A DNA stretch of 64,000 nt from assembly GCA_963805625.1 (NCBI GenBank), contig CAWDVE010000010.1:1792001-1856000 (forward strand), read 5' to 3'. Numbering within the stretch: the stretch's first letter is position 1; each line of letters opens with the position of its first letter. The stretch is from an uncultured Candidatus Rokubacteria bacterium (GTDB lineage Bacteria > Methylomirabilota > Methylomirabilia > Rokubacteriales > DASRDR01). The position numbers were made by a program, and so were the translations under genes. Below are positions 49,083-58,363 of the stretch, piece after piece. The notes beneath the pieces were generated by a model. It searched no databases, had not been told where the DNA came from, and saw nothing but the letters and a program-made list of their open reading frames with translations.

Positions 49083-49987
49083 AGGTCGCCATCCTGGGCT
49101 CACGGTCGGGGTGGCACGAGGTCCGGCTGGGGCGCGCGCTCCGCGAGCGGGGCGTGGAGCCGGTGGTGGCGCCCATCACCGGCCTCGCGGCCGCCGTGGC
49201 CGCCATGCCTGGAGGAGACCGGCTCGCCGCCGGCGGCGTTCGGCTCGACGATTGTGGCGCAGTGATCGTGCGCGCGATCCCCGGCGGGTCGCTCGAGCAG
49301 GTAATCTTCCGGCTCGACGCGCTCCACCGCCTGACCCGGCTCGGGGTCGCCGTCATCAACTCGCCCCGGTGCGTCGAGCGCACCGTGGACAAGTACTTCA
49401 CCTCGACGCTCCTCGAGGAGGCAGGGTTGCCGAGCCCCCGCACCCGGGTGTGCGAGCGGCTCGACGACGCCCTGGCCGCGTTCGAGGCGCTGGGGGGCGA
49501 CGTGGTGGTCAAGCCGCTCTTCGGCTCCGAGGGACGGGGCATCGTGCGGGTGTCCGACCCCGATCTCGCCTATCGCACCTGCCGGGCCCTGGAGCTGACG
49601 CGCTCGGTGTTCTATCTTCAGGAGTTCGTACCGCACGGGGGGCGCGACATCCGGGCGTTCATCGTCGGGGGCCGGCTGGTGGCCGCCATGACCCGCTGGG
49701 CCGCCGGCTGGAAGACCAACGTGTCGCAGGGCGCCCGGACGGAGCCCGTCGCCCTGTCCGGCGAGCTCGAGCGCCTGGGCGTCCAGGCGGCGGGTTTGCT
49801 CGAGGCGGACTACGCGGGCGTGGACCTCCTGTGCGCGGACGACGGACGCGTACTCGTGATCGAGGTCAACGGGATACCGGGATGGCGCGGACTCCAGCAG
49901 ACAACCGACGTCGACGTCGCGGGGCTGATCGCGGAGCACGCGATCGCGATCGTCGAGCGCGGCCTCCCGGTCGGGACCTCGCCGTGA
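49079..49987 (+). CDS. RimK-family alpha-L-glutamate ligase (Orf5/MptN-like)
   Basis: GSLEQVIFRLD, KPLFGSEGRG, WKTNVSQG and IEVNGIPGW motifs. Confidence 0.9.
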   Translation: MKVAILGSRSGWHEVRLGRALRERGVEPVVAPITGLAAAVAAMPGGDRLAAGGVRLDDCGAVIVRAIPGGSLEQVIFRLDALHRLTRLGVAVINSPRCVERTVDKYFTSTLLEEAGLPSPRTRVCERLDDALAAFEALGGDVVVKPLFGSEGRGIVRVSDPDLAYRTCRALELTRSVFYLQEFVPHGGRDIRAFIVGGRLVAAMTRWAAGWKTNVSQGARTEPVALSGELERLGVQAAGLLEADYAGVDLLCADDGRVLVIEVNGIPGWRGLQQTTDVDVAGLIAEHAIAIVERGLPVGTSP

Positions 49988-51066
49988 GCCCCGCCGCGGC
50001 CCCGGCCGGAACCTCCTCGGCGGCCCGCATCGCGGCTGCCGCAACGCTCGCCTGCACGCTCGAGGCCTGCGCGGAGAAGGTCGGCAACGTCACGCCGACC
50101 CGCGGCTTCGACGACGCGCGCTTCGACGACTTCGCGCTCAGCGCGCAGGCGCTCGGAGCCGCGGTCGCCATCGCCGCGCCGGGGCAGGTGGGCCGGACGG
50201 TGTACCGGGCGGTAGCGGCCACCGCGGGCGTGGCCCCGTCCAACACCAACCTCGGCATGGCGCTCCTGTTCGCGCCGCTCGCGGCGGCCGCGCGGGCGCG
50301 CCGAGGGACGGGGCTCAGGCACCGGCTCGCGCTCGTGCTGCGCGGACTGAGCGTCGACGACGCGCGCTGGGCCTACCGGGCGATCCGGCTCGCCCGCCCG
50401 GGCGGGCTCGGGCCGAGCGACGAGGCTCCCGTCGCCCAGCATCCCTCGATCACGCTGCTCGAGGCCATGCGGCTCGCCGCGCGGCGCGACACCGTGGCGG
50501 CGGAGTATGTCGGTGGCTTCGCGGTGACGTTCGACCTCGGGCTCGCTAGGCTGCGCCGGGCGCTCCGCCATGGCCTGTCCCTGCTCGACGCCATCGCACA
50601 GGCGCATCTCGAGCTGATGGCCCGGGTGCCGGACACGCTGATCGCGCGGAAGGCCGGTGCCGCGGCTGCGGCTGCGGTGGCCGCGCGAGCAGGCGCCGTG
50701 GTGCGGGCAGGCGGGGTCGTCACGCCGAGGGGACTGGCCGCCGCGCGGCGGCTCGACCGCGACCTCCGGCGCCACGGCAACCGCCTCAACCCGGGGACCT
50801 CGGCAGATCTCATCGCCGCCGCCCTGTTCGTCTGGCTCCTGGAGACCCCAGGCCGACGGCGGCTCGTCGCAGGGACGCGACGCCAGCCCCAGATCGCTGC
50901 CGTCCCCCCCAGACCGCCAGGGGCTGCCACAGGCCGCCACAGGCCGAAGGCCGCCAGAGCAACCCCGTCCGATCAACCCCGTCCGATCAAGGCCGTCCCA
51001 TCACGGTCGTCCCGTCACGGCCGTCCCGTCGGCCGAAGGTCCGAGGCGGCGCGGCGAGATCAATGA
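49984..51066 (+). CDS. CitG-family protein (Orf7-like) with low-complexity C-terminal extension
   Basis: KVGNV, NTNLG, PDTLIARKAG and NPGTSADL motifs. Confidence 0.88.
   Translation: MSPAAAPAGTSSAARIAAAATLACTLEACAEKVGNVTPTRGFDDARFDDFALSAQALGAAVAIAAPGQVGRTVYRAVAATAGVAPSNTNLGMALLFAPLAAAARARRGTGLRHRLALVLRGLSVDDARWAYRAIRLARPGGLGPSDEAPVAQHPSITLLEAMRLAARRDTVAAEYVGGFAVTFDLGLARLRRALRHGLSLLDAIAQAHLELMARVPDTLIARKAGAAAAAAVAARAGAVVRAGGVVTPRGLAAARRLDRDLRRHGNRLNPGTSADLIAAALFVWLLETPGRRRLVAGTRRQPQIAAVPPRPPGAATGRHRPKAARATPSDQPRPIKAVPSRSSRHGRPVGRRSEAARRDQ
50960..51029. repeat. Five degenerate 14-bp tandem units
   Basis: CAACCCCGTCCGAT x2, CAAGGCCGTCCCAT, CACGGTCGTCCCGT, CACGGCCGTCCCGT. Confidence 0.8.
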
Positions 51067-51578
51067 GCCAGTTCCGAGTGCGGATCGAGAAGGACTACAC
51101 GGTGTTCTGCGCCGGGCACTTCATCACTTACGACGGGCACGAATGCGAGCCGCTTCATGGCCACAACTACCGGGCGGCGGCGGCGCTCGAGGGCCCGCTC
51201 GACGAGAACGCGTACGTGTTCGACTTCACCCGGCTCAAGCGCGCGCTCAGGGCCATCGTCAACCGCCTCGACCACCGGATGCTGCTGCCGGCGAGGAGCG
51301 CGCTCATCCAGGTCACCCAATCGGGCGCCGAAGTCCAGGCAATCTACCGCGACAAGCGATACGTGTTTCCCTCGAGCGACGTGGTGCTCCTGCCCGTCCC
51401 CAACACCACCGCGGAGATGCTGGCGTGGTGGATCGCCCAGGAGCTCAAGCAGGACCTGGGGACGCTTCCGCCCGGCGTCACGGGGCTCGAGGTCGAGGTG
51501 GACGAGTCGTCCGGCCAGCGAGCCTTCTATCGGGAGACGCTCGGCGAGGGCGGTAACGAAGGGCCGGGACGCTCGTGA
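51063..51578 (+). CDS. 6-pyruvoyl-tetrahydropterin synthase family (COG0720), CExxHGH hybrid motif
   Basis: FCAGHF, CEPLHGHNY, LDHRML and TTAEMLA motifs. Confidence 0.88.
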   Translation: MSQFRVRIEKDYTVFCAGHFITYDGHECEPLHGHNYRAAAALEGPLDENAYVFDFTRLKRALRAIVNRLDHRMLLPARSALIQVTQSGAEVQAIYRDKRYVFPSSDVVLLPVPNTTAEMLAWWIAQELKQDLGTLPPGVTGLEVEVDESSGQRAFYRETLGEGGNEGPGRS

Positions 51579-53035
51579 CGTGGCCATCGGTCGTCTACCT
51601 CGGGCTCGGCTCGAACGTGGGTGACCGTCAGAGCAACCTGATCGAGGCGCTCCAGAGCCTCCGGGCGCACGTCTTCATCGAGCAGATCTCGCCGGTCTAC
51701 GAGACCGAGCCGGCGTACGTGACCGACCAGCCCCGCTTTCTGAACCTCGCGGTGAAGGGTGTGACCTCGCTCGAGCCCGCCGAGCTCCTGACCGTGGCCA
51801 AGCGGATCGAGTCCCGGATGGGGCGGCGCCCCGGCGAGCGATACGGCCCGCGGCCGATCGACATCGACATCCTCTTCTACGGCGACCGCGTGATCCGCAC
51901 CGAGACGCTCGAGGTGCCGCACCCGCGCGTTGCCGAGCGCGGCTTCGTCCTCGTCCCGCTTCACGACATCGCCCCGGGCCTCCGGCACCCGGAGCTCGGA
52001 CGCACGGTCGCCGAGCTCCTCGCCTCCCTCGGGGAGACGCGCGGCATCGTCCGGGTCGAGCGGGGCCTGACGGCGCGGCTCGAGCGTGACGTGCAGGAGG
52101 AGTCTCCGTCCGCCCGCCTCAGGCTCGACCAGACGGGGGTGACGGGTCTCCACCGCATCATCCGTCTCTCCGAGGGCGGCGGTCTCTTCTACGCGACGCT
52201 CGATCTCTTCGTCGAGCTGCCGGCCGACCAGAAGGGCGCCCACATGTCGCGCTTCAGCGACACCGTGGAGGAGGTGCTCGAGGACCTCGGCGAGTTCACG
52301 GCCCCGATGATCGAGACGCTCGCCGAGCGCATCGCGCGGGCCCTGACCGTCGGGCACCGGGCCGAGCGCGCGGACGTGGAGATCCGGGCCCAGTTCCCGC
52401 TCGAGCGCCGCGCGCCGATCTCCGGCAAGCCCTCGCAGGAGCTGTACACGCTGATCGGCATCGCCGCCGCCAACCCCCGCCGCGCGGTCCAGCTGATCGG
52501 CGTGGAGGCGGAGGGGATGATGGCGTGCCCCTGCGCCCAGGAGATGGTCCGCGCGCAGGCGGAAGCCCGACTGCTCGAGCACGGCCTGACGCCGGAGCTC
52601 GCCGAGCAGGTGCTGTCGCTAGTCCCGGTCGCGACCCACAATCAGCGTGGGCGCGGCCGCCTCCTGGTCGGCGCCGACCGCGCGCTCCGCGCCGAGGACC
52701 TGGTCGAGATCGTCGAGGGCTCGATGAGCTCCGAGAACTACGACCTCCTGAAGCGGCCGGACGAGCTCTTCGTCGTGGAGAAGGCGCACCGCCATCCTCG
52801 CTTCGTCGAGGACACCGTTCGCGAGATGCTCCGGAGCTTCGTGAACACCTACCCCGAGCTGCCGGACGACGCCTACGTCCACGCCCGGCAGGTGAACATG
52901 GAGACGATCCACAAGCACGATGTCTTCGCCCAGCGCGGCGGGCAGCTCGGCGAGATTCGGGGCGAGCTCCTCGACGGCAAGCCGCGCGGCAGCACCCCGC
53001 TCCAGGCGTGGCTCTCGGCCCGGCTCGAGGGATGA
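51575..53035 (+). CDS. Fusion of FolK (HPPK) and a FolE2/MptA-family GTP cyclohydrolase
   Basis: N-terminal YLGLGSNVGDR, GPRPIDIDIL, VPHPR; C-terminal KGAHMSRF, MACPC, THNQR, LLKRPDE, PRFVED, ETIHKH. Confidence 0.9.
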   Translation: MTWPSVVYLGLGSNVGDRQSNLIEALQSLRAHVFIEQISPVYETEPAYVTDQPRFLNLAVKGVTSLEPAELLTVAKRIESRMGRRPGERYGPRPIDIDILFYGDRVIRTETLEVPHPRVAERGFVLVPLHDIAPGLRHPELGRTVAELLASLGETRGIVRVERGLTARLERDVQEESPSARLRLDQTGVTGLHRIIRLSEGGGLFYATLDLFVELPADQKGAHMSRFSDTVEEVLEDLGEFTAPMIETLAERIARALTVGHRAERADVEIRAQFPLERRAPISGKPSQELYTLIGIAAANPRRAVQLIGVEAEGMMACPCAQEMVRAQAEARLLEHGLTPELAEQVLSLVPVATHNQRGRGRLLVGADRALRAEDLVEIVEGSMSSENYDLLKRPDELFVVEKAHRHPRFVEDTVREMLRSFVNTYPELPDDAYVHARQVNMETIHKHDVFAQRGGQLGEIRGELLDGKPRGSTPLQAWLSARLEG

Positions 53036-53062
53036 CTCGGGGGGGGATCCGGAACCTTCACA

Positions 53063-53815
53063 CTACGACGTGTCAGCGTGAAGCACCAGATCCGTCGCCG
53101 TGAGGACGCCGGTGTGGAGCGCCGTCCCCACCAGGGCCGCGTGGTAGCCCGCCCGCGCGAGCGCGCGGAGGTCATCCTTGTCCCGCACCCCGCCGCCCAG
53201 CACGATCTCGGCGTCCGGCAGGCGCGCCCGGAGCTGGCGGGCCGGCTCCGTTTCCGGGCCGGTCCGCGCCCCGACGCGGGCGAGATCGAGCACGATGAAG
53301 GCCCGGATGCCGGCCGTCCACGCCGCGGCCGCCAGCTCGGTCGCCTCGGCTCCGGCCACGGCGGGCGATCCGCCGAGGAGCCGGCCCTCGCGATGGTCCA
53401 GGCTGAGGATGCAGTCCGCCCCGGCCCCGCTGGCCTCGCGCGCCGCCCCTGCGATCGCAGCCAGATCACGCGTATCCCGCAAGGTCTCGGTCCCGACGAT
53501 GACCCGCGCCGCCCCGCTGGAGACGGCGCGGCGGGCGTCGTCGGCCGTCGCCACGCCGGCATCGAGCCAGACCGACAGCCCGAGCGCGGCGATCGCCCGG
53601 ACGACCGGGCCGTGATCGCCGGTGCCGGCGATGGCGTCGAGGTCCGCCACGTAGCAGGCGTCCGAGCCGAGGCGCTCGCGGAAGCCGCGAGCGAGCTCGA
53701 CCGGGTCCGCCGAGGCCGACAGCACGCTCTTGACCGGCGCGTAGGCGTGACGCTCCCCTCGCACCGCATGAACCGCCAGACCGCCCTTGAGGTCCAGCAC
53801 GGGCACGACGCGCAT
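53063..53815 (-). CDS. HisA/HisF-like TIM-barrel protein (Orf17-like)
   Basis: VPVLDLKGG.AVHA..GER, YVADLDAI, LDLARVG and GGGVR motifs. Confidence 0.85.
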   Translation of the reverse strand: MRVVPVLDLKGGLAVHAVRGERHAYAPVKSVLSASADPVELARGFRERLGSDACYVADLDAIAGTGDHGPVVRAIAALGLSVWLDAGVATADDARRAVSSGAARVIVGTETLRDTRDLAAIAGAAREASGAGADCILSLDHREGRLLGGSPAVAGAEATELAAAAWTAGIRAFIVLDLARVGARTGPETEPARQLRARLPDAEIVLGGGVRDKDDLRALARAGYHAALVGTALHTGVLTATDLVLHADTS

Positions 53816-53904
53816 CGCGGAGCGGAGGATAGCACGCCCACAGGCCGAAGGCCGTCCGATCAGACCCGTTCAATCAAGTCGCATCGTGGATGCAGGCTAG
53901 CCCG

Positions 53905-54933
53905 ATGAGACTGGAGCGCCGGGTCCTCGGCTGGGACGTGGGCGGCGCCTACGTCAAGGCGGCCGTCGTCGAGGCGGAAGGCGGCCGCCGCGCGGTGCAG
54001 ACGGCGAGCCGCCCGTTCGAGATCTGGCGGGACAAGCTCGCCCTGCCGGACGTCCTGCGGGCGCTCGCCGCCGAGCTCCCCTCTCCGGAGTCGGTCGCGG
54101 TGACGATGACCGCGGAGCTGTCGGATGTGTTCCGGACCAAGCGCGAGGGCGTGGGCTTCGTGCTTGACGCCGTGGAGACCGTGTCGCGGGCACCGGTCCG
54201 CGTCTTCACGACCGCCGGCGAGTTCGTCGACCCCGCCACCGCCCGCGCGAGCCCCCTCGACGCCGCCGCCTCCAACTGGGTCGCCACCGCCATGCTGGTC
54301 GGGCGGTTCGTCCCCGACGCGCTGCTGGTGGACATCGGATCCACTACCACCGATGTGATCCCGGTGACGGGGGGCCGCGTGGCGGCCCTCGGCCGGACCG
54401 ATCCCGAGCGGCTGCTCGCCGGGGAGCTGGTCTACACAGGGGTGCTCCGCACCAACGTCGCTGCCATCGTCCGCCGGGTGCCGCTCCGGGGCGGCGAATG
54501 CCCCGTCGCCTCCGAGCTGTTCGCGGTCAGCGGCGACGTTCACGTGCTGCTCGGGTCGCTCGCGCCGGACGACTACACCTGCCCGACGCCCGACGGCCGG
54601 CCGCCCACGCCGGAATTCGCCGGCGAGCGGCTCGCGCGTGTCGTGTGCGCCGACGGGGAGATGCTCGGCGCCGGAGAGATCCGCGTCATCGCGGCAGCGG
54701 TCGCGGAGGCCCAGGTCGAGGAGATCGCCGCCGCGCTCGACCGCGTCTCGCGCCGGCTCGTCCGGCCGGCGCCCGTGATCACGACCGGCCTCGGCGCCTT
54801 CCTGGCCCGCCGGGCTGCCGAGCGCGCCGGGATGCCAGTCAAGGATCTCGCCGACGTTCTCGAGGTCGAGGTCGGCACGGTCGCGCCGGCCGTCGCGGTG
54901 GCCTGGCTCCTGCTCGACGGGGTCAGACTTTGA
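53905..54933 (+). CDS. Hydantoinase/oxoprolinase-like H4MPT-linked protein (Orf9/MfnF-like)
   Basis: GWDVGGA, TMTAELSDVF..KREGV, AASNW, DIGSTTTD and LVYTGVLRT motifs. Confidence 0.88.
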   Translation: MRLERRVLGWDVGGAYVKAAVVEAEGGRRAVQTASRPFEIWRDKLALPDVLRALAAELPSPESVAVTMTAELSDVFRTKREGVGFVLDAVETVSRAPVRVFTTAGEFVDPATARASPLDAAASNWVATAMLVGRFVPDALLVDIGSTTTDVIPVTGGRVAALGRTDPERLLAGELVYTGVLRTNVAAIVRRVPLRGGECPVASELFAVSGDVHVLLGSLAPDDYTCPTPDGRPPTPEFAGERLARVVCADGEMLGAGEIRVIAAAVAEAQVEEIAAALDRVSRRLVRPAPVITTGLGAFLARRAAERAGMPVKDLADVLEVEVGTVAPAVAVAWLLLDGVRL

Positions 54934-54992
54934 CTTCCAAACTTTTGCGCGCGGCGCCGGCTCGAATTGTTGGGAAGTCAAAGTCTGACCCC
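54919..54992. repeat. Inverted-repeat (REP/MITE-like) element, copy 3
   Basis: GGGGTCAGACTTTGACTTCC (54919-54938) ... GGAAGTCAAAGTCTGACCCC (54973-54992), 20/20 complementary. Confidence 0.9.
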
Positions 54993-55607
54993 AGGCCGGA
55001 CTGGGTGATCAAGGTCGGCGGGAGCCTCGGCGCGCGCCCCGCCCAGCTCCGTCGCCTGTTGGAGACTTTGGCAGCGGCTGCTCGGCGACACTGGCTCGTC
55101 GTGGTGCCGGGGGGCGGGAGCTTCGCCGACGAGGTGCGCCGCGCCGACCGTCGCTTCGCGCTCGGCGACTCGGCCGCCCACTGGATGGCCATCCTCGCCA
55201 TGGACCAGTACGCCTACCTTCTCGCGCGGCTCGCCCCCGGGGCGGCTCTCGTGCGGAGCCGGCGCGAGCTCTCCCCCGGCCGCCTCAACGTGCTGGCGCC
55301 GTCGGCCTGGCTCCTCCGCGCCGATCCGCTCCCCCACTCCTGGGACGTCACCTCAGATTCGATCGCGGCCTGGGTCGCGCACGCTCTTCGCGTGCGGCGG
55401 CTCATGCTCGTGAAGCACGTGGACGGCTTCATCGGACCAGACCGCGGGCCGTGGAGAATGCCCGAGCACGTGCGGCGGATCGCGCTCGAGGCGTTCTCGG
55501 GTGTGGTGGACCCGTACTTCGCGTGGGCGCTCGACCCCGCCATCGGGTGCTGGCTCGCTCGCGGGCACCTGCCCCACCGGATCACGCGCCTGATCGCGAC
55601 CGGCTGA
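54930..55607 (+). CDS. Amino-acid-kinase-family protein (Orf21/MfnE-like)
   Basis: VIKVGGS, VPGGGSFADEVR, AHWMAILAM and SWDVTSDSIAA motifs; start is TTG 54930 or the GTG of VIKVGGS. Confidence 0.85.
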   Translation: MTSKLLRAAPARIVGKSKSDPRPDWVIKVGGSLGARPAQLRRLLETLAAAARRHWLVVVPGGGSFADEVRRADRRFALGDSAAHWMAILAMDQYAYLLARLAPGAALVRSRRELSPGRLNVLAPSAWLLRADPLPHSWDVTSDSIAAWVAHALRVRRLMLVKHVDGFIGPDRGPWRMPEHVRRIALEAFSGVVDPYFAWALDPAIGCWLARGHLPHRITRLIATG

Positions 55608-55744
55608 ACCCGCGTGCCCAGGCCCGAGCGCGCCTTCGGTGGTGCCGGGACGATGGGGGGAAACTCGCCGCGGTGGCCGTGGCCACGAGCCGATGGCCTC
55701 GGCTGGGGCGAAGGGATCGAGCTGACCGACCCGCCGGAAGCCCC

Positions 55745-58255
55745 CTACTCGCTCGCGGCGTTGCTGCGCTGGGCTTGCATCAGCTTCTTCTCGTCCTCCG
55801 GTGAGAGCTTCGGCCGATCGATGCTGAGCATCACCTTGTTGAGCTTGCCCGTGAACCGGAATGGTATCTGGTAGTCCTGGTCGTTCACCGGCGTGCCCGT
55901 GTCGGCGCCCACGTCGAGGTTTTCGTCCCACTGTAGGATCAGCGGGATCGTCTTTTCCATCTTCTGGGTGGCGACGGCCTGACCGTCCACCTTGAGCACT
56001 CCGGTGCCGCTGCGGCCGATGCCGCTCAGGTTGTTGAACGCAAGGGTACCAATCCCCAGGCCGTCGTACTTGAAGTCGAACTCGAGCGTGTGCATACCCG
56101 GCGTGAGCTCCGGCCCCTCCCAGCGGATCCGCTGCAGGTCGACCAGATTCCAGAGGAACACCGGCTTGTTCTTCAGCACGTAGAAGCCGTAGCCAGCGAA
56201 GCGGCCCCCCTGGGTGATGAGCATGCCCTCGGCGCCGCCCTGCGGAATCTCGACCTCGGCCTTGAAGTTATACGACGAGTTGAGGATGCTCGGCGCGTCG
56301 CCGTTCGGTGTGCCCGTGAACTCGCGGGTCCAGGTGAACACGTTGCGGCCGGCGGTGATGCTCGGGCGCGGCGTGACGAGTCGGCTCGCGATCGAGGCGT
56401 CGAGCGGCATGACCTGGTACTTCTTTGCCTCGGCCCAGAAGAGCTTCTCCATCTCCTTGACCTTGGCGGGGTTCTTGGCCGCGACGTCGTTCGACTGGGT
56501 CCAGTCCTTCCCGAGGTCGTACAGCTCCCACGTCGCCTTGGACGGATTGAGATTGGCCGGGCCGAACGTCACCCACGGCGGGCGCGTCACCTTGGCGCTG
56601 GCGATCCAGCCGTCGTGGTAGATCGCGTAGTTACCGAACATCTCGAAGTACTGGGTCTTGTGCTTCGACGGCGCCTTCTCGTTGGGCTTGTCGAACGTGT
56701 AGAGCATGCTGACGCCCTCGATCGGGCTTTGCTTGATCCCGTCGACGACCTTGGGCTGGCGGATCCCAGCCGCCTCGAGGATCGTCGGCACGACGTCAAT
56801 CACGTGGTGAAACTGGTTGCGGATGCCGCCCTTGTCCTTGATCACCTTCGGCCAGGAGATCGCCATGCCCTGGCGAATGCCTCCGAAGTGAGATGAGATC
56901 TGCTTCGTCCAGGAGAACGGCGAGTCGAGCGCCCACGACCACGGCACCGCCATGTGATTGTACGTGCGGTCGGAGCCCCAGGCGTCGTAGAAGTTCTTGA
57001 GCTGCACTTCGACCGGCACCTCGACGCCGTTGAACATCGCGACCTCGTTCGGCGTGCCCACCAGCGTGCCCTCGGCGCTGCCGCCGTTGTCGCCGCTGAT
57101 GTAGATGATCAGCGTGTTCTCGAGCTTGCCCAAATCCTCGATCGCCTGGATCACCCGGCCGATCTCGTGATCCGTGTAGGCGAGGTACGCCGCGTACACA
57201 TCGACCTGGCGGAGGAACATCTTCTTTTCATCGGCCGACAGCCCGTCCCAGCGCTTCAGCAGGTTGTCCGGCCACGCCGTGAGCTTGGCGGTCTGCGGGA
57301 TCACGCCGAGCTTCTTCTGGTTCTCGAAGATCTGCTCGCGGAGCGCGTTCCACCCCTTGTCGAAGAGATGCATGTCGCTGATCTTCTTGATCCATTCCGG
57401 GGTTGGGTGATGTGGCGCATGCGTGCCGCCGGGCGCGTACTTCACGAAGAACGGCTGCTCCGGCGTGAGGGTGTTGATGCGTTGCATGTACGCGATGGCT
57501 TCGTCCGCCATCGCCGTCGTCAGGTTGTAGCCCGGATTGCCCGAGAACGGGTAGATCGATGTCGTGTTGCGGACGAGGTTCGCCGGCTGCCACTGGTTGG
57601 TGTCCCCGCCCATGAACCCGTAGAAATACTCGAAGCCCATCCCGATGGGCCACTGGTCGAACGGCCCGTCCTGGCTCGCTTGAAAGGCCGGGGTGTTGTG
57701 GTTCTTCCCGAACCACGACGTCCGGTAGCCGTTGTCCTTCAGGATCTTGCCGATCGTCGCCTTGTCTCTAGTGATGATGCTGTCGTAGCCCGGGAAGCCC
57801 GTCGCCTGCTCCGAGATCACACCGAAGCCGACGGAGTGATGGTTGCGCCCGGTGATGAGCGCCGCGCGGGTGGGCGAGCAGAGGGCCGTGGAGTGGAAGT
57901 TCGTGTAGCGGAGGCCGTTGTTGGCGATCCGGTCGAGCGCCGGCGTGGGGATCACGCCACCGAACGTGCTCGGGGCCCCGAAGCCGACGTCGTCCGTGAT
58001 GATGAGCAGCACGTTCGGCGCGTTCTTGGGCGGCATTATGCGCGGTGCCCAGTAGGGCTTCGACTGCGCGGCGTTGCGCTCGATCCTGCCGCCGAACTTC
58101 GCCGGCGGCGCCGGAATCTGGTCGCCCTGGATCGTCGTCGTCGCGCTGGGGGAGCCGGGCACCCCCGTCACATTCTGGGCGAAGCTCGGCTCGCCGAGGA
58201 GTCCGACGGACGCGGCCAATGCCGCGCCGATCACGATTCGCATGCTTGTTCTCAT
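55745..58255 (-). CDS. Secreted arylsulfatase (Cys-type, formylglycine-dependent)
   Basis: Signal peptide, PNVLLIITDDVG, LCSPTRAALITGR, FGKNH and SGDNG motifs. Confidence 0.92.
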   Translation of the reverse strand: MRTSMRIVIGAALAASVGLLGEPSFAQNVTGVPGSPSATTTIQGDQIPAPPAKFGGRIERNAAQSKPYWAPRIMPPKNAPNVLLIITDDVGFGAPSTFGGVIPTPALDRIANNGLRYTNFHSTALCSPTRAALITGRNHHSVGFGVISEQATGFPGYDSIITRDKATIGKILKDNGYRTSWFGKNHNTPAFQASQDGPFDQWPIGMGFEYFYGFMGGDTNQWQPANLVRNTTSIYPFSGNPGYNLTTAMADEAIAYMQRINTLTPEQPFFVKYAPGGTHAPHHPTPEWIKKISDMHLFDKGWNALREQIFENQKKLGVIPQTAKLTAWPDNLLKRWDGLSADEKKMFLRQVDVYAAYLAYTDHEIGRVIQAIEDLGKLENTLIIYISGDNGGSAEGTLVGTPNEVAMFNGVEVPVEVQLKNFYDAWGSDRTYNHMAVPWSWALDSPFSWTKQISSHFGGIRQGMAISWPKVIKDKGGIRNQFHHVIDVVPTILEAAGIRQPKVVDGIKQSPIEGVSMLYTFDKPNEKAPSKHKTQYFEMFGNYAIYHDGWIASAKVTRPPWVTFGPANLNPSKATWELYDLGKDWTQSNDVAAKNPAKVKEMEKLFWAEAKKYQVMPLDASIASRLVTPRPSITAGRNVFTWTREFTGTPNGDAPSILNSSYNFKAEVEIPQGGAEGMLITQGGRFAGYGFYVLKNKPVFLWNLVDLQRIRWEGPELTPGMHTLEFDFKYDGLGIGTLAFNNLSGIGRSGTGVLKVDGQAVATQKMEKTIPLILQWDENLDVGADTGTPVNDQDYQIPFRFTGKLNKVMLSIDRPKLSPEDEKKLMQAQRSNAASE

Positions 58256-58363
58256 TTCCCCTCCCGATCTTGGACGGTGCGGCTGCGTTCTCTTCTCGAT
58301 CTTCACATGCACGTACCGCCTCCTCGCGAACACCGGCGCCACGGCCAGCCCGCGCCCTGGCGA

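Noticed and set aside
50960-51029. CRISPR array
   Set aside because: 14-bp abutting units with no spacers, and no cas genes in the window
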